Sequence record: OR644643.1
Length of the DNA: 64,000 nt
Direction: 5' to 3' (one strand)
From: Klebsiella phage NU-KP11
Every line of letters starts with the position of its first letter. Position 1 is the stretch's first letter. Below the pieces are notes generated by a model. The model worked only from the letters and a program-made list of their open reading frames with translations, ran no database searches and was not told where the DNA came from. Both the position numbers and the translations under genes were made by a program. Below, in pieces: positions 25,945 through 35,258 of this stretch.

Positions 25945-27230
25945 TGGAAAGAAGTATTAAAGATGTTGTACAGGTGGAAGGGCTAACGTTTGCCCTTTAC
26001 ACGATTTATTCACGTGCGATCCCGCACCTGGTAGACGGGTTTAAACCCGTTCACCGTTTCTTTATTCACTCTGCTATGCAGGGCGGAACGGGATTTCAGA
26101 AAGTAGCTTCTATCGCTGGCGGTGTTGCTATGTATGGGTATCACCACGGGGAAACCTCTGTAGAAGAAGCGTTATCCCTTATGGCGGCGCACTGGTGCAA
26201 TAACATTCCGTTATTCGACCGTGATGGGTTCTTTGGTTCCCGTTTGGTTAAGAAACCTGGCGCACCTCGTTACATCAAGTGTAAACTATCGCCAATATTC
26301 AAAGCAATTTATATGGATGGTGATTTAACGCCAGTTCATGAAGATCCGGAACATGTACCGCCAGCTTACTATCTCCCGATCATCCCGATGGTACTGGTTA
26401 ACGGGTTTAGCGGGATTGCAAAAGCATATGCAACAAACATTCCGCCTCATGATCCTAAATCGGTTGTTAACGGGTGCATTGCATATCTGAATGATAAAGA
26501 TTTCACACTGGATCTGAAATACCCTTACTTTAAAGGTGAAATCACAGACGGGACAATTTACGGCACGTATGAATTGCAAGGTAAAACCAAATTGGTGATC
26601 ACCGAGATCCCAGTGAAGTATGACCGTGTGAAATACATTGCAATCCTTGACAAGCTGGAAGAAAAAGGCGTTATCGTTAGCTACAAGGATCTATCGAAAG
26701 AAGATTTTCGTTATGAAGTAACGCTCAAGCGAGAGTATGCCAACGGGTTAACCCGCGAAAAGATCCTGAAAGATTTCGGGTTGATTGAAAATTCAAACCC
26801 AAACATTAACGTTATCTTTGAGGGTAAATTATACTCATATGAACGCCCCGAAACGCTTCTAAAGGATTTCGTTGATATTCGTATGAATGTATATCAACAG
26901 CGTATCAATAAGCGTATCCAGGAAACTAAGGAAGCGTTAGATAAAGCACTGGCAAAGGTTGCGTTTATTGCTCAAATGGTAGAATCTCCTGATTCTCTGC
27001 GTGGCCTTAGTCGCAGCGAAGCGGTTAAATTCGTGTCTACGTGGATAGGTTGCGAGAATCATGCCGAAATGTTAGTGGCTATGAACATCTACCATCTAAC
27101 CACGGACGAAAGCAAAAAGCTGGAAGACGAAGCCGAAGAATTGCGTAAACAGTTGAAATACTGGGAAGAAACAACCCCTAAAATTGAGTATCTCAATGAT
27201 TTAAAAGAACTTTCTAAGAAGTTGAAATAA
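25944..27230 (+). CDS. 52: DNA topoisomerase II medium subunit gp52 (GyrA-like)
   Basis: 428 aa. RAIPHLVDGFKPVHRF is the GyrA/ParC N-terminal signature. TAATG overlap with gene 39. Confidence 0.9.
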   Translation: MERSIKDVVQVEGLTFALYTIYSRAIPHLVDGFKPVHRFFIHSAMQGGTGFQKVASIAGGVAMYGYHHGETSVEEALSLMAAHWCNNIPLFDRDGFFGSRLVKKPGAPRYIKCKLSPIFKAIYMDGDLTPVHEDPEHVPPAYYLPIIPMVLVNGFSGIAKAYATNIPPHDPKSVVNGCIAYLNDKDFTLDLKYPYFKGEITDGTIYGTYELQGKTKLVITEIPVKYDRVKYIAILDKLEEKGVIVSYKDLSKEDFRYEVTLKREYANGLTREKILKDFGLIENSNPNINVIFEGKLYSYERPETLLKDFVDIRMNVYQQRINKRIQETKEALDKALAKVAFIAQMVESPDSLRGLSRSEAVKFVSTWIGCENHAEMLVAMNIYHLTTDESKKLEDEAEELRKQLKYWEETTPKIEYLNDLKELSKKLK

Positions 27231-27235
27231 TAACA

Positions 27236-27271
27236 AAGCCTCTTGCAATGCAAGAGGCTTTTTGCTATATT
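27236..27271 (+). promoter_or_regulatory. fused terminator hairpin / early promoter module
   Basis: aaagcctcttgcaatgcaagaggctttttgctatatt with -35 TTGCAA in the stem and TGcTATATT. Confidence 0.6.
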
Positions 27272-27301
27272 GGTTTTGTACCAAGCAAAGGAGATTCTAA
27301 A

Positions 27302-27856
27302 ATGTTGAAAACTCGTAGTGCAATGGAAGTAACCCACTGGGCGCGTACCATGATGGAAAAACACGGTTTGATCAGTAATGGTTGGACATTCCGGATCAAT
27401 GGACGCATTACAAAAACTCTGGGCCGTTGCAGTTATACCAAAAAACTGATCGAACTATCTGGTCGTCATGTTGCGGAAGATATCTACGAGGATATTTTAG
27501 ACACTCTTTTACACGAAATCGCTCATGCTCTTGTCGGGCGCGGTTATGAACATGGTAAAGTGTGGCAAGCTATGGCCTTGCGCCTGGGTGCTAAACCTTC
27601 ACCGAGTAAAACAACTACAAAGGATGCTAATCTGGTTGATAAGAATGAGATCCTTTACTGTTTGTTCATGAAAGATTATCAAGGCCGTGAAGTCTATCAG
27701 GCTAAAGCTGATAAGAAGTTTTACAACGATGTGATGAACGGTGTTAAGGATATGAAAAACATTTGGATCAGTGGGCGCAAGGCATATACAAAAGGCCGTC
27801 TGTATATCCGTCCAGTAACCCATGAAGAACTTGCATACATTCGCAAAGAGGGGTAA
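27302..27856 (+). CDS. SprT-like zinc metallopeptidase-domain protein
   Basis: HExxH motif LLHEIAHAL with a TLGRCSY region. RBS aaaggagattctaaa precedes the ATG at 27302; promoter module at 27244-27271. Confidence 0.6.
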   Translation: MLKTRSAMEVTHWARTMMEKHGLISNGWTFRINGRITKTLGRCSYTKKLIELSGRHVAEDIYEDILDTLLHEIAHALVGRGYEHGKVWQAMALRLGAKPSPSKTTTKDANLVDKNEILYCLFMKDYQGREVYQAKADKKFYNDVMNGVKDMKNIWISGRKAYTKGRLYIRPVTHEELAYIRKEG

Positions 27857-27859
27857 GGT

Positions 27860-28096
27860 ATGACACGTTATAATGCGCCTAAGTTGGGAAAATATCTGAC
27901 CATATTCGGATTTTGTGCGTTCTTTTCTATCATTATCGGGGCTATCGTGTGGGGTATACTTGATATGAAGAAACAGCAGGTCGAGGAAGAAAAATTGGTA
28001 AAATTCCTTGACACTTATTGCGAAGTAGTAGAATATGGCCTGAACAAAAAGCCAACGAAGTACTCTTGTGACCAAGTTATTTTTAATGTTAAGTGA
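27860..28096 (+). CDS. small membrane protein (78 aa)
   Basis: TM segment YLTIFGFCAFFSIIIGAIVWGIL. Confidence 0.5.
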   Translation: MTRYNAPKLGKYLTIFGFCAFFSIIIGAIVWGILDMKKQQVEEEKLVKFLDTYCEVVEYGLNKKPTKYSCDQVIFNVK

Positions 28097-28106
28097 GAAA
28101 TAAACA

Positions 28107-30368
28107 ATGAAATTACGCGAAGATACACCGCAAACAATCTACCGAGTTGGTACAGATACCAGCAAGGGACGAAACAAACTATCTCTACGCGCAAACAAGA
28201 AAGCGTATAAGATCCTTTCTTCGACAGTATACAAATACAAGATCCGCGCAATCATTCGCGAACTGTCTTGTAATGCGATCGATGGACACAAAGAAGCGGG
28301 AAATCAGAACCCGTTTGATGTCCAGTTGCCAACTGCTGTTGATCCTCGTTTTGTTATTCGTGACTACGGGATCGGTATGTCTCCTGATTTCGTTAGTGAT
28401 GCGTTTACCGTTTACTTCGAATCAACCAAAAATGATTCAAACGACCTGATCGGTTCTATGGGTCTGGGTTGCAAATCTCCGCTTTGCTATGCCGATGCGT
28501 TCACAGTTGAATCTGTAAAAGACGGTATCAAATGCGGTTACACAATCTATATGGATGATGGGGAACCGTTCTGCGATCCTCTGTATGAGATTGAAAGCGA
28601 TGAACCTAACGGGGTTACTATCACTGTTCCGGTTAAGGTTGAAGATATCAAAGAATGGGAAAACGAAGCAGCAAGGGTATACGAATCATTTACTGATATT
28701 CGTCCTAACTTTGTTGGTGCTTCTATTCTCAAAATCAACTATCAGCCGAAAGAAGCAACCAACGATAGTGGGGTGATCCGTCATAAATCAGCATACACTA
28801 GCGGTGTATATGCTCGCATGGGTAACATCATTTATCCTCTGGATAAAGATTTGTATGATACCTCGATGTTCTATTGCTATACAGAAAGCCAGTATACGTA
28901 TATTATTGACTTCCCGATCGGTGAACTTGATTTCATGCCTTCTCGCGAAGAGTTGAGTATGGATAAAATGACAGTAGGGATTATTAAAGAACGTCTGAAA
29001 CAAATCAGCCGGGTGTATTTCAATCGAGTTAAATCAGAATTCGATAAGTTACAAACCGTTCGTGATAAACTGACGTGGTTCCATTCTCTGCCTTCAATGG
29101 TACAAAACTTTGTTGGTAAAGATGCTAATTTTCGCATCAACGGTGATTCTATTGGCTGGATCCATAGCGAGCTAGTCAAACCCAACAAATATAATGATGA
29201 TTATATTGCTGGGTATTGGGCGAACGAATACGACGGTAAAGATGCATGGTATCAGGTAACGGGTAGCGGAGGCCGCTGGAGCAAGTATAAGCCAGAAACA
29301 ACCAAACGCCAGGACATCACACGCATTTATTATCCGTGGAAACAAAAGAAACTCATTCTGTTAAAAGTGGATACCAACACGGTTAAACCGTATATCGTCG
29401 GGTATGCTAAAATGCATAACCTAAGCCGTGTTAGCTTTGTTGCATATTACGATAGTGATTCAAAGCGTGAGATTGTTAATGATATCGTTCGGAAAGGTCA
29501 TTTTGATGAATCGGAAATTGTGTATCTCCGTACCAGTGAAATGACAAAAGAAAAAGAGATCTATGATGCAGATCGCGAAAAATCAAAAGCGCTATATGCA
29601 CCGAAAAATTCAGAACCGCGCCCAAAAACCCCGACCGTATATCGTTATGAGTTGGATAGTAACGGCAATCTGGCAAAAACTTCTCTGTTTATGACAAAAT
29701 CAGAGTTTTTATCACTGGATAAAGCCCCAGGTGTTCGGTTGTATGGTATTGATGAATATAGCCGCTTAGATGGTGAAAATTCCAGGTTGTCTATGGATTC
29801 AGCAATGAAAGAATCTACTTTATCGCGTATCATGCGCCATACTGGGATCCCTGTTGTGTTTGCTATCCGTAACAGCCTATGGAAGTGGATCCCTGATTCA
29901 AATCTGGTATGCTTTGATGATATGCTGTGCAAGCAGTATGTTAAATCCGAAAAGGCATTGAAAGATAATTGCTTGCCTGGATGGATTGGTAAGGAACACT
30001 CAACAGAAACAGACGCATTGCATAGCCGTTTTGGTGTATCGCTTGATCGGATTGTGAAAAACCGATATAATGAAAAACTGTATAAGATTGTTGATACCCT
30101 CGAACGTATAGTGTGTCTGGAAGGGTATGAGAAAGATGGTAAAAATCTTTCCAGGGCGCGTTGTCCGATTCTGCGTGAATCTGTAGCATCAATGCGCGTT
30201 AAACGCAGCAATATGAAAAAACGTGTTGATCAGGCATGGGAAATCTTTAAATCACTAAACCCGTTACTGGCTTCACTTGTTGAACATAGCGATTCTTATT
30301 CAATTCGTCCGATTTACAACAACGAAAAGAATCTCAGTGAGTTTAAGAAATTAATACGGTGGAAATAA
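28107..30368 (+). CDS. rIIA: rIIA protein (membrane-associated, GHKL-like ATPase N-domain)
   Basis: 753 aa. KAYKILSSTVYKYKIRAIIRELSCNAIDGHKEAGN...DPRFVIRDYGIGMSPDF matches the T4 rIIA N-terminus. Confidence 0.9.
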   Translation: MKLREDTPQTIYRVGTDTSKGRNKLSLRANKKAYKILSSTVYKYKIRAIIRELSCNAIDGHKEAGNQNPFDVQLPTAVDPRFVIRDYGIGMSPDFVSDAFTVYFESTKNDSNDLIGSMGLGCKSPLCYADAFTVESVKDGIKCGYTIYMDDGEPFCDPLYEIESDEPNGVTITVPVKVEDIKEWENEAARVYESFTDIRPNFVGASILKINYQPKEATNDSGVIRHKSAYTSGVYARMGNIIYPLDKDLYDTSMFYCYTESQYTYIIDFPIGELDFMPSREELSMDKMTVGIIKERLKQISRVYFNRVKSEFDKLQTVRDKLTWFHSLPSMVQNFVGKDANFRINGDSIGWIHSELVKPNKYNDDYIAGYWANEYDGKDAWYQVTGSGGRWSKYKPETTKRQDITRIYYPWKQKKLILLKVDTNTVKPYIVGYAKMHNLSRVSFVAYYDSDSKREIVNDIVRKGHFDESEIVYLRTSEMTKEKEIYDADREKSKALYAPKNSEPRPKTPTVYRYELDSNGNLAKTSLFMTKSEFLSLDKAPGVRLYGIDEYSRLDGENSRLSMDSAMKESTLSRIMRHTGIPVVFAIRNSLWKWIPDSNLVCFDDMLCKQYVKSEKALKDNCLPGWIGKEHSTETDALHSRFGVSLDRIVKNRYNEKLYKIVDTLERIVCLEGYEKDGKNLSRARCPILRESVASMRVKRSNMKKRVDQAWEIFKSLNPLLASLVEHSDSYSIRPIYNNEKNLSEFKKLIRWK

Positions 30369-31267
30369 TGGTCAAAATTCTTGACGAAGTACAACAGAAA
30401 GCTATCTATAATGGATGGTTGACGGGGGCAAGTAAAACAGCACTGGCCCAACAGTTCAACGTAAGCGCCCGAACCATTGGGCGCGTTATCAACCGCAAGT
30501 TAGCGGAATTCCCTAAGAAAAGGGATGTAAAACAAAAGCCTAAATTATCAGACACTGTACCGCGTATGATCGGATCTGAATCGTTCATTACGGTTGTATA
30601 CGAAGGGCGCGTTTTCATGGCGGGTGAAACACATCCGAACTTTAAGAAAGCGCATGAAATGCTGAAAGCTGGTGATGTCAAAGGTGCTGTAACTTGTTTG
30701 GATACTCAAGAAGCGATCCGAACCTATAGCAAAGGCAACATTAAAATCATTGGTCATCAGCTTCTATATAAAGATGTAGTGTTTGATTCTGATATCACTC
30801 AACGAATCATTCGCGAAATGTATAACGATCGTCCGTATGAACATCTGGTGAACTTCTTTGAACGGTTGATGCGAAACCCTTCACGCGATGCTGTATACCA
30901 GCTTTACGGGTTCCTTGTACATAATGACATTGAACTGACCGATGATGGTTGTTTTCTTGCCTGGAAACGTGTACGCGATAACTATAAAGATCTCGCTACT
31001 GGCAAATTTGATAATAGTCCTGGTGTGACTGTCTCCATGCCTCGAAACATGGTAGACGAAGATAAAACGCGCACCTGTTCTACTGGCCTACACGTTGCGG
31101 CTAAATCATACCTTCCACACTACGGGGGCGGTGTTGGTAGAGTCATTCAGGTAAAGGTGGATCCTGCTGACGTGGTAGCGATCCCAGTGGATTACAATAA
31201 CGCAAAAATGCGTGTATGCCGTTATAAAGTCATGATTGATGTTACATATGGTTTTAGCCATTACTAA
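30368..31267 (+). CDS. rIIB: rIIB protein
   Basis: About 299 aa. NPSRDAVYQLYGFLVHNDIELTDDGCFLAWKRVR, TCSTGLHVAAKSY and IPVDYNNAKMRVCRY match T4 rIIB. ATG at 30368 overlaps the rIIA stop; the track start 30359 is GTG. Confidence 0.9.
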   Translation: MVKILDEVQQKAIYNGWLTGASKTALAQQFNVSARTIGRVINRKLAEFPKKRDVKQKPKLSDTVPRMIGSESFITVVYEGRVFMAGETHPNFKKAHEMLKAGDVKGAVTCLDTQEAIRTYSKGNIKIIGHQLLYKDVVFDSDITQRIIREMYNDRPYEHLVNFFERLMRNPSRDAVYQLYGFLVHNDIELTDDGCFLAWKRVRDNYKDLATGKFDNSPGVTVSMPRNMVDEDKTRTCSTGLHVAAKSYLPHYGGGVGRVIQVKVDPADVVAIPVDYNNAKMRVCRYKVMIDVTYGFSHY

Positions 31268-31312
31268 CTAAACAACCGCGCCCGGAGAGTTCTGGGCGCA
31301 TAGGAGACTATC

Positions 31313-31687
31313 ATGAAATTTAAAAACATGCCTTCGGCTAACGAAACCCGCGCTAGTGGTGAATCTATTCTGAAAACTGCCCGTGAAATGTGGGCCGACG
31401 ACCGGATAGAATCCGGGAAAGGTTACGTATTTCGTAAAGGATTTGGTGAATTTTATATTGCATCAACCTTTATAGTAGGGTATAGTTGTTTAGGAATCGC
31501 GTGGATGCAACGATATCTTGAACGTGCTGTTCTTTTTGTGATACGTTTTCTGTTTACATTGATCAGCGTAGTGATTAGCATCCCATTTCTGAGCATCGCC
31601 TTGTTTGTTAACGTAAAAACAGGCGAAATTACAAAATTAGGCAAACTGGTATCTAAAAAATATGAAAAGAATTCTGACAAGACTTGA
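31313..31687 (+). CDS. membrane protein (124 aa, 2-3 TM)
   Basis: Hydrophobic FYIASTFIVGYSCLGIAWM and FVIRFLFTLISVVISIPFLSIALFV. RBS ataggagactatc. Confidence 0.55.
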   Translation: MKFKNMPSANETRASGESILKTAREMWADDRIESGKGYVFRKGFGEFYIASTFIVGYSCLGIAWMQRYLERAVLFVIRFLFTLISVVISIPFLSIALFVNVKTGEITKLGKLVSKKYEKNSDKT

Positions 31688-31718
31688 CATTCACAAATAT
31701 GCAATTAAAATTGGTGAC

Positions 31719-32099
31719 ATGAAACGCGGAACCTTCAAGAAATTCGAAGGCGTGGATCTGAAAGAAAACGGGTTTTACCTGGTAGTTGATGATAAAACAG
31801 GGCGCGTAGTATTCCGTTTCTACGTAGCACCAAATCAACGCCGTAAAACTGGTGCTAGTCGTACTCTGTTACGTATCAAGCGCCGCGAACACGAACCGTC
31901 TGCGATGGTTGCGATGCTGGAAAGTGCTTCTCTGTACTATGTAGCACATGACAAAATCAAAAACCTGTTCGGTTTCCCGAACCTCAACGGATCAACGTTC
32001 GAAAGTGCTATTCAAATGCGTTATGGTGCTGGTGAAAACTACACCGAGTGGAACCGCGCACTGAATGACATTTATGATTTTGAATTTCAACCATATTGA
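31719..32099 (+). CDS. hypothetical protein (126 aa)
   Basis: Promoter-like TTGACA...17...ATTAAAAT and an RBS ggtga before the ATG at 31719. The track start 31662 lies upstream of the promoter. Confidence 0.5.
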   Translation: MKRGTFKKFEGVDLKENGFYLVVDDKTGRVVFRFYVAPNQRRKTGASRTLLRIKRREHEPSAMVAMLESASLYYVAHDKIKNLFGFPNLNGSTFESAIQMRYGAGENYTEWNRALNDIYDFEFQPY

Positions 32100-32135
32100 T
32101 GTATACTGATTAAAACTAACCAATTGAGATAAATT

Positions 32136-32384
32136 ATGAAACTGTTTAATAAAATTCGTTCTGTAGATGAAATCGTAGCAACTTTCGACAAAACCCTGTC
32201 TGAACTGGAAGCGCGTATTGCTCACGATAATGAGCAGGTTGCACAGGTTGCAGCAGATCGTCAAGCAGCAGAAGAAGAACATCAGCGTAAGCTGGCGGAA
32301 CTGGCTTCAAAAGAAAGCGATCATACTGCAAGTGCAACCCGCGCCGGACGTATCGCAGACAAGATCCGCAAACTGCTGGATTGA
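32136..32384 (+). CDS. coiled-coil protein (82 aa)
   Basis: Heptad-rich LSELEARIAHDNEQVAQVAADRQAAEEEHQRKLAELASKE. Followed by a terminator hairpin. Confidence 0.55.
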   Translation: MKLFNKIRSVDEIVATFDKTLSELEARIAHDNEQVAQVAADRQAAEEEHQRKLAELASKESDHTASATRAGRIADKIRKLLD

Positions 32385-32387
32385 TAC

Positions 32388-32412
32388 AGGGGCGAAAGCC
32401 CCTAAATATTTT
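32388..32412 (+). terminator. rho-independent terminator
   Basis: caggggcgaaagcccctaaatatttttc. Confidence 0.6.
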
Positions 32413-32540
32413 TCTTTAAGGGGCTTATATGAATAATTTGGTAGCGAAACATGCCTGGATTAACCGCGCTTCTACTCACCGCGATCGCAAGCGAGCATTT
32501 AAAGAAGCAAAACGTAAACAGAAACACAAAGGTAAGTGTG

Positions 32541-32873
32541 ATGAAAACCGCTTTGATCATTCTTGAAGAAATTCCTGAAAATACAACGCTTTACAAAGTC
32601 GAAACTGACGATAGCGAAGTAATTGAGATCCTCAAAACCGCCCACGGGCATTATGTAAACGGTTCCGGCAACACCAAAGAACAGGATTATGCTGTTGATG
32701 TTGTTAACCTCATGCTGGGGCCGAATACCGATGATAACCTGAAATGGGCGCGTGAATCCAACATTCCTGAAAAGTATGTTGGTATGTTCTATCAGTGTAA
32801 CATCGATAGCAAATCACCGTTTGAACCAGAAAAGAAAATCGATCTGATTGTTCGCACTGGGTTCTTCTTATGA
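32541..32873 (+). CDS. hypothetical protein (110 aa)
   Basis: Start chosen at the internal ATG with RBS aaggtaag. The track ORF starts at 32451. Confidence 0.45.
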   Translation: MKTALIILEEIPENTTLYKVETDDSEVIEILKTAHGHYVNGSGNTKEQDYAVDVVNLMLGPNTDDNLKWARESNIPEKYVGMFYQCNIDSKSPFEPEKKIDLIVRTGFFL

Positions 32874-33097
32874 GTATACAAATTCTGTTCAGTAAAGAAG
32901 ATCCATTAGGTACGGAATCATCGGTTCAGCGCTTATTCTGGCATACAGATTATATAAAAAATCGATGTCGTGGCCCAAACAACACATGGGGAAGCAACAA
33001 CGATATTGACAAAGCAAAAATTTATCCTCGCGGAAAGGCGTACTGGAAAATTTTTGATATTCATCTTCATAAAACAATGAAAGATTCGAATGAATGA
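32870..33097 (+). CDS. hypothetical protein (75 aa)
   Basis: ATGA overlap. Confidence 0.45.
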   Translation: MSIQILFSKEDPLGTESSVQRLFWHTDYIKNRCRGPNNTWGSNNDIDKAKIYPRGKAYWKIFDIHLHKTMKDSNE

Positions 33098-33102
33098 TTA
33101 AA

Positions 33103-33139
33103 AAGCCCTTGACTTCGGTCAGGGGCTTTTGCTATATTA
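33103..33139 (+). promoter_or_regulatory. fused terminator hairpin / early promoter module
   Basis: aaagcccttgacttcggtcaggggcttttgctatatt. The -35 TTGACT is in the stem, then TGcTATATT. Confidence 0.65.
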
Positions 33140-33177
33140 GCCATATCGAAACGAGATACCCTTTAAGGAGAAATACC

Positions 33178-33975
33178 ATGACTAACGCAACCGTAGTTAC
33201 TACCACTTACTTCATTTCTTCTGGTCGTAAAAATGCAATGTATACCTTGCGTGTTGAGCGTAGAGGTGGCGGTTATACTTCTGATAACTATATCTGCAAC
33301 TTATCTACCGATCCGGAGAAAGCGGAAGCGAAAGCGCGTGAGTATTTCGACCGTGTTTCAGCCCGTTTAACTGAAACTGATACTTTCAAAATGGTATTCC
33401 AGGGCTTTGCAGATTTCGATCTGTTCGAACGTCGCGGTAAACTGTCAGTGTTCGATACTGAAAAACTGGAACTGCTGGAAAAAGGGATCATGCCGATTGG
33501 CAAGCGTAAAGGCGAAGTAATTGCAGAAATGCCAATGTTTACTGTTCTTTGGTGGGCTGACCAGTCTAAAGAAGACAACAAAAACAGCCCTGTATTTGAC
33601 GCCGTGTGCGCTTACTGCATGGGTGTTGCACTGGAGAAGGATTATATCGCCAAACGCGAAGAAATCCGCGAACAGTGGGAACAAGAGCGCCAGGAACGCA
33701 TTTCTAAAGCTAACCACATCGGTGAAATCAAACAACGTCTGGAAATGACCGGAACCGTTGAGAAAGTGATTTCACTGGGATATACTCAAGTTTCTTACTA
33801 CACTTCTGTAGAAAGATTCATGACCAAAATTAATGTTGATGGTAATGTTGTTGTTTACTTCGGTAATAACATTGCAAACGAAGGTGATGAAATCACTTTC
33901 AAAGCAACCGTTAAAGAGCACGGAGAATACAAAGACGTTAAACAAACCATCGTTCAACGTGTAAAGGTTTTATAA
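33178..33975 (+). CDS. hypothetical early protein (266 aa)
   Basis: Promoter module at 33109-33139, leader TATCGAAACGAG and an RBS taaggagaaatacc. The track ORF start 33094 lies upstream of the promoter. Confidence 0.6.
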   Translation: MTNATVVTTTYFISSGRKNAMYTLRVERRGGGYTSDNYICNLSTDPEKAEAKAREYFDRVSARLTETDTFKMVFQGFADFDLFERRGKLSVFDTEKLELLEKGIMPIGKRKGEVIAEMPMFTVLWWADQSKEDNKNSPVFDAVCAYCMGVALEKDYIAKREEIREQWEQERQERISKANHIGEIKQRLEMTGTVEKVISLGYTQVSYYTSVERFMTKINVDGNVVVYFGNNIANEGDEITFKATVKEHGEYKDVKQTIVQRVKVL

Positions 33976-34265
33976 TGACATACGAAGATATGCTTAATGA
34001 AGTGTGCGCGGGTAAAACCGCGTACCGCACTACCAACCCTGATATGATTGTGTTTCGTGAAGGGGATACAATCATCAGACGTACACACCGCAAGTGTGAA
34101 GTAAACCAGGTATTCATTGCCACGGTAGAAGAACAAAAGGCTACTGATTGGGATATCGTCATTGACGAAGAAAACCACGATGAGCTAGATCATCCGATAT
34201 TCATTTTGAGTGAAACTATCGGAATTCGACCATTCATGCATAGAAATTTTTGGGGGTATCAATGA
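33975..34265 (+). CDS. hypothetical protein (96 aa)
   Basis: TAATG overlap. Confidence 0.5.
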   Translation: MTYEDMLNEVCAGKTAYRTTNPDMIVFREGDTIIRRTHRKCEVNQVFIATVEEQKATDWDIVIDEENHDELDHPIFILSETIGIRPFMHRNFWGYQ

Positions 34266-34531
34266 CGTTCGATGAGGCTATGAGAGCCGCTAAGAGAGGT
34301 TGTAAGGTTGCGCCAATAGGTAGGCCATTCTTCGTGTATTATCACGACAGCGCTGGATACAGGAGGGTTACGTTGGGGGTTTCGGCAAGGAATGAAGATT
34401 ATGTTCCGGATCCGTGGGACAAATTGAAAGTTTGGGATATTTACGAGAAAAATAGCCCGGTGATGAACTTCTTTAAAGCAATCAAACGGGCTATTGGAAG
34501 ATCACACAATTTAACACCAGCATTACGTTAA
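34250..34531 (+). CDS. hypothetical protein (93 aa)
   Basis: Overlapping ORF. Convergent with holin t at zero spacing. Confidence 0.45.
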   Translation: MGVSMTFDEAMRAAKRGCKVAPIGRPFFVYYHDSAGYRRVTLGVSARNEDYVPDPWDKLKVWDIYEKNSPVMNFFKAIKRAIGRSHNLTPALR

Positions 34532-35179
34532 TCACCTCGCTCGACCTAAAATGCGCGCGGCCTGTCCACATATGATGTTTAGCTTCATATCTGGTATATC
34601 AGGCCGCTTTGCATACCATTCCATCAAAACCGATCCAGAATAGTAGTTATCAAGATTAAAATAAGGGCAACTAAAAGTATAAGCTACTGGCACAAAATCA
34701 CGTGTCGGTAGGTAGGAACTTGCTTTAGTGGATGAATAATACAAGCCATTTATATGATTCGTGTATTCTTCGGATGTTTTATCGATCGGATAACCGCCGA
34801 GGTTTTTAGGATCGATCTGGGATGGTAATTTTCCCTGATATTCTACAATGTCAACAAAATAGTTTATATTCTTTGGTCTGAATGCCAATACCGCTGAAAA
34901 ATCCGCGTTGGAAGTAAGATGAACTATGCTCAACTGTTCCAACGCGGATTGATTAAACTTTTCTGTTCTTTCCATTTCGATAGCCCTTGTATCGACTACA
35001 AGGGCACCTTTTATCATCGGGAATATATCAGTCCATTTGTACCAAGTTACTACCATAAGAAACATAACCATTATTAGAATTATTTTTATCAGCAATTGTT
35101 TCCATGTTTTCACACCCATCACAAACGAGATTACCCGATCAAATAAGGCTAGTTTATCTACGGGATTTCTCTCAGCCAT
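34532..35179 (-). CDS. t: holin t
   Basis: 215 aa. N-terminal TM segment, then ALEQLSIVHLTSNADFSAVLAFRPKNINYFVDIVEYQGKLPS...LGGYPIDKT...CPYFNLDN...ICGQAARILGRAR, collinear with T4 holin T. Confidence 0.92.
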   Translation of the reverse strand: MAERNPVDKLALFDRVISFVMGVKTWKQLLIKIILIMVMFLMVVTWYKWTDIFPMIKGALVVDTRAIEMERTEKFNQSALEQLSIVHLTSNADFSAVLAFRPKNINYFVDIVEYQGKLPSQIDPKNLGGYPIDKTSEEYTNHINGLYYSSTKASSYLPTRDFVPVAYTFSCPYFNLDNYYSGSVLMEWYAKRPDIPDMKLNIICGQAARILGRAR

Positions 35180-35230
35180 TTTATAAGACTCTTCTTAGGT
35201 TACTATACGTATATTTAGGATACAACAAAA

Positions 35231-35253
35231 AAGGCTACCTGTATGGTAGCCTT
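35231..35253 (-). terminator. rho-independent terminator after gene 38
   Basis: Minus strand reads aaggctaccatacaggtagcctttttt. Confidence 0.65.
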
Positions 35254-35258
35254 TAAAA

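Noticed and set aside
32429-32566. 45-codon highly basic ORF (MNNLVAKHAWINRASTHRDRKRAFKEAKRKQKHKGK...) overlapping the start of the 32451 ORF
   Set aside because: It could be a small basic peptide, but it lies in another frame of a region already assigned. There is no strong RBS, so it is unresolved.
35180-35230. Late promoter for holin t
   Set aside because: Only a one-mismatch TATAAAAT sits directly against the ATG with no leader. I could not confirm it as a promoter, so t may be read through from gene 38.
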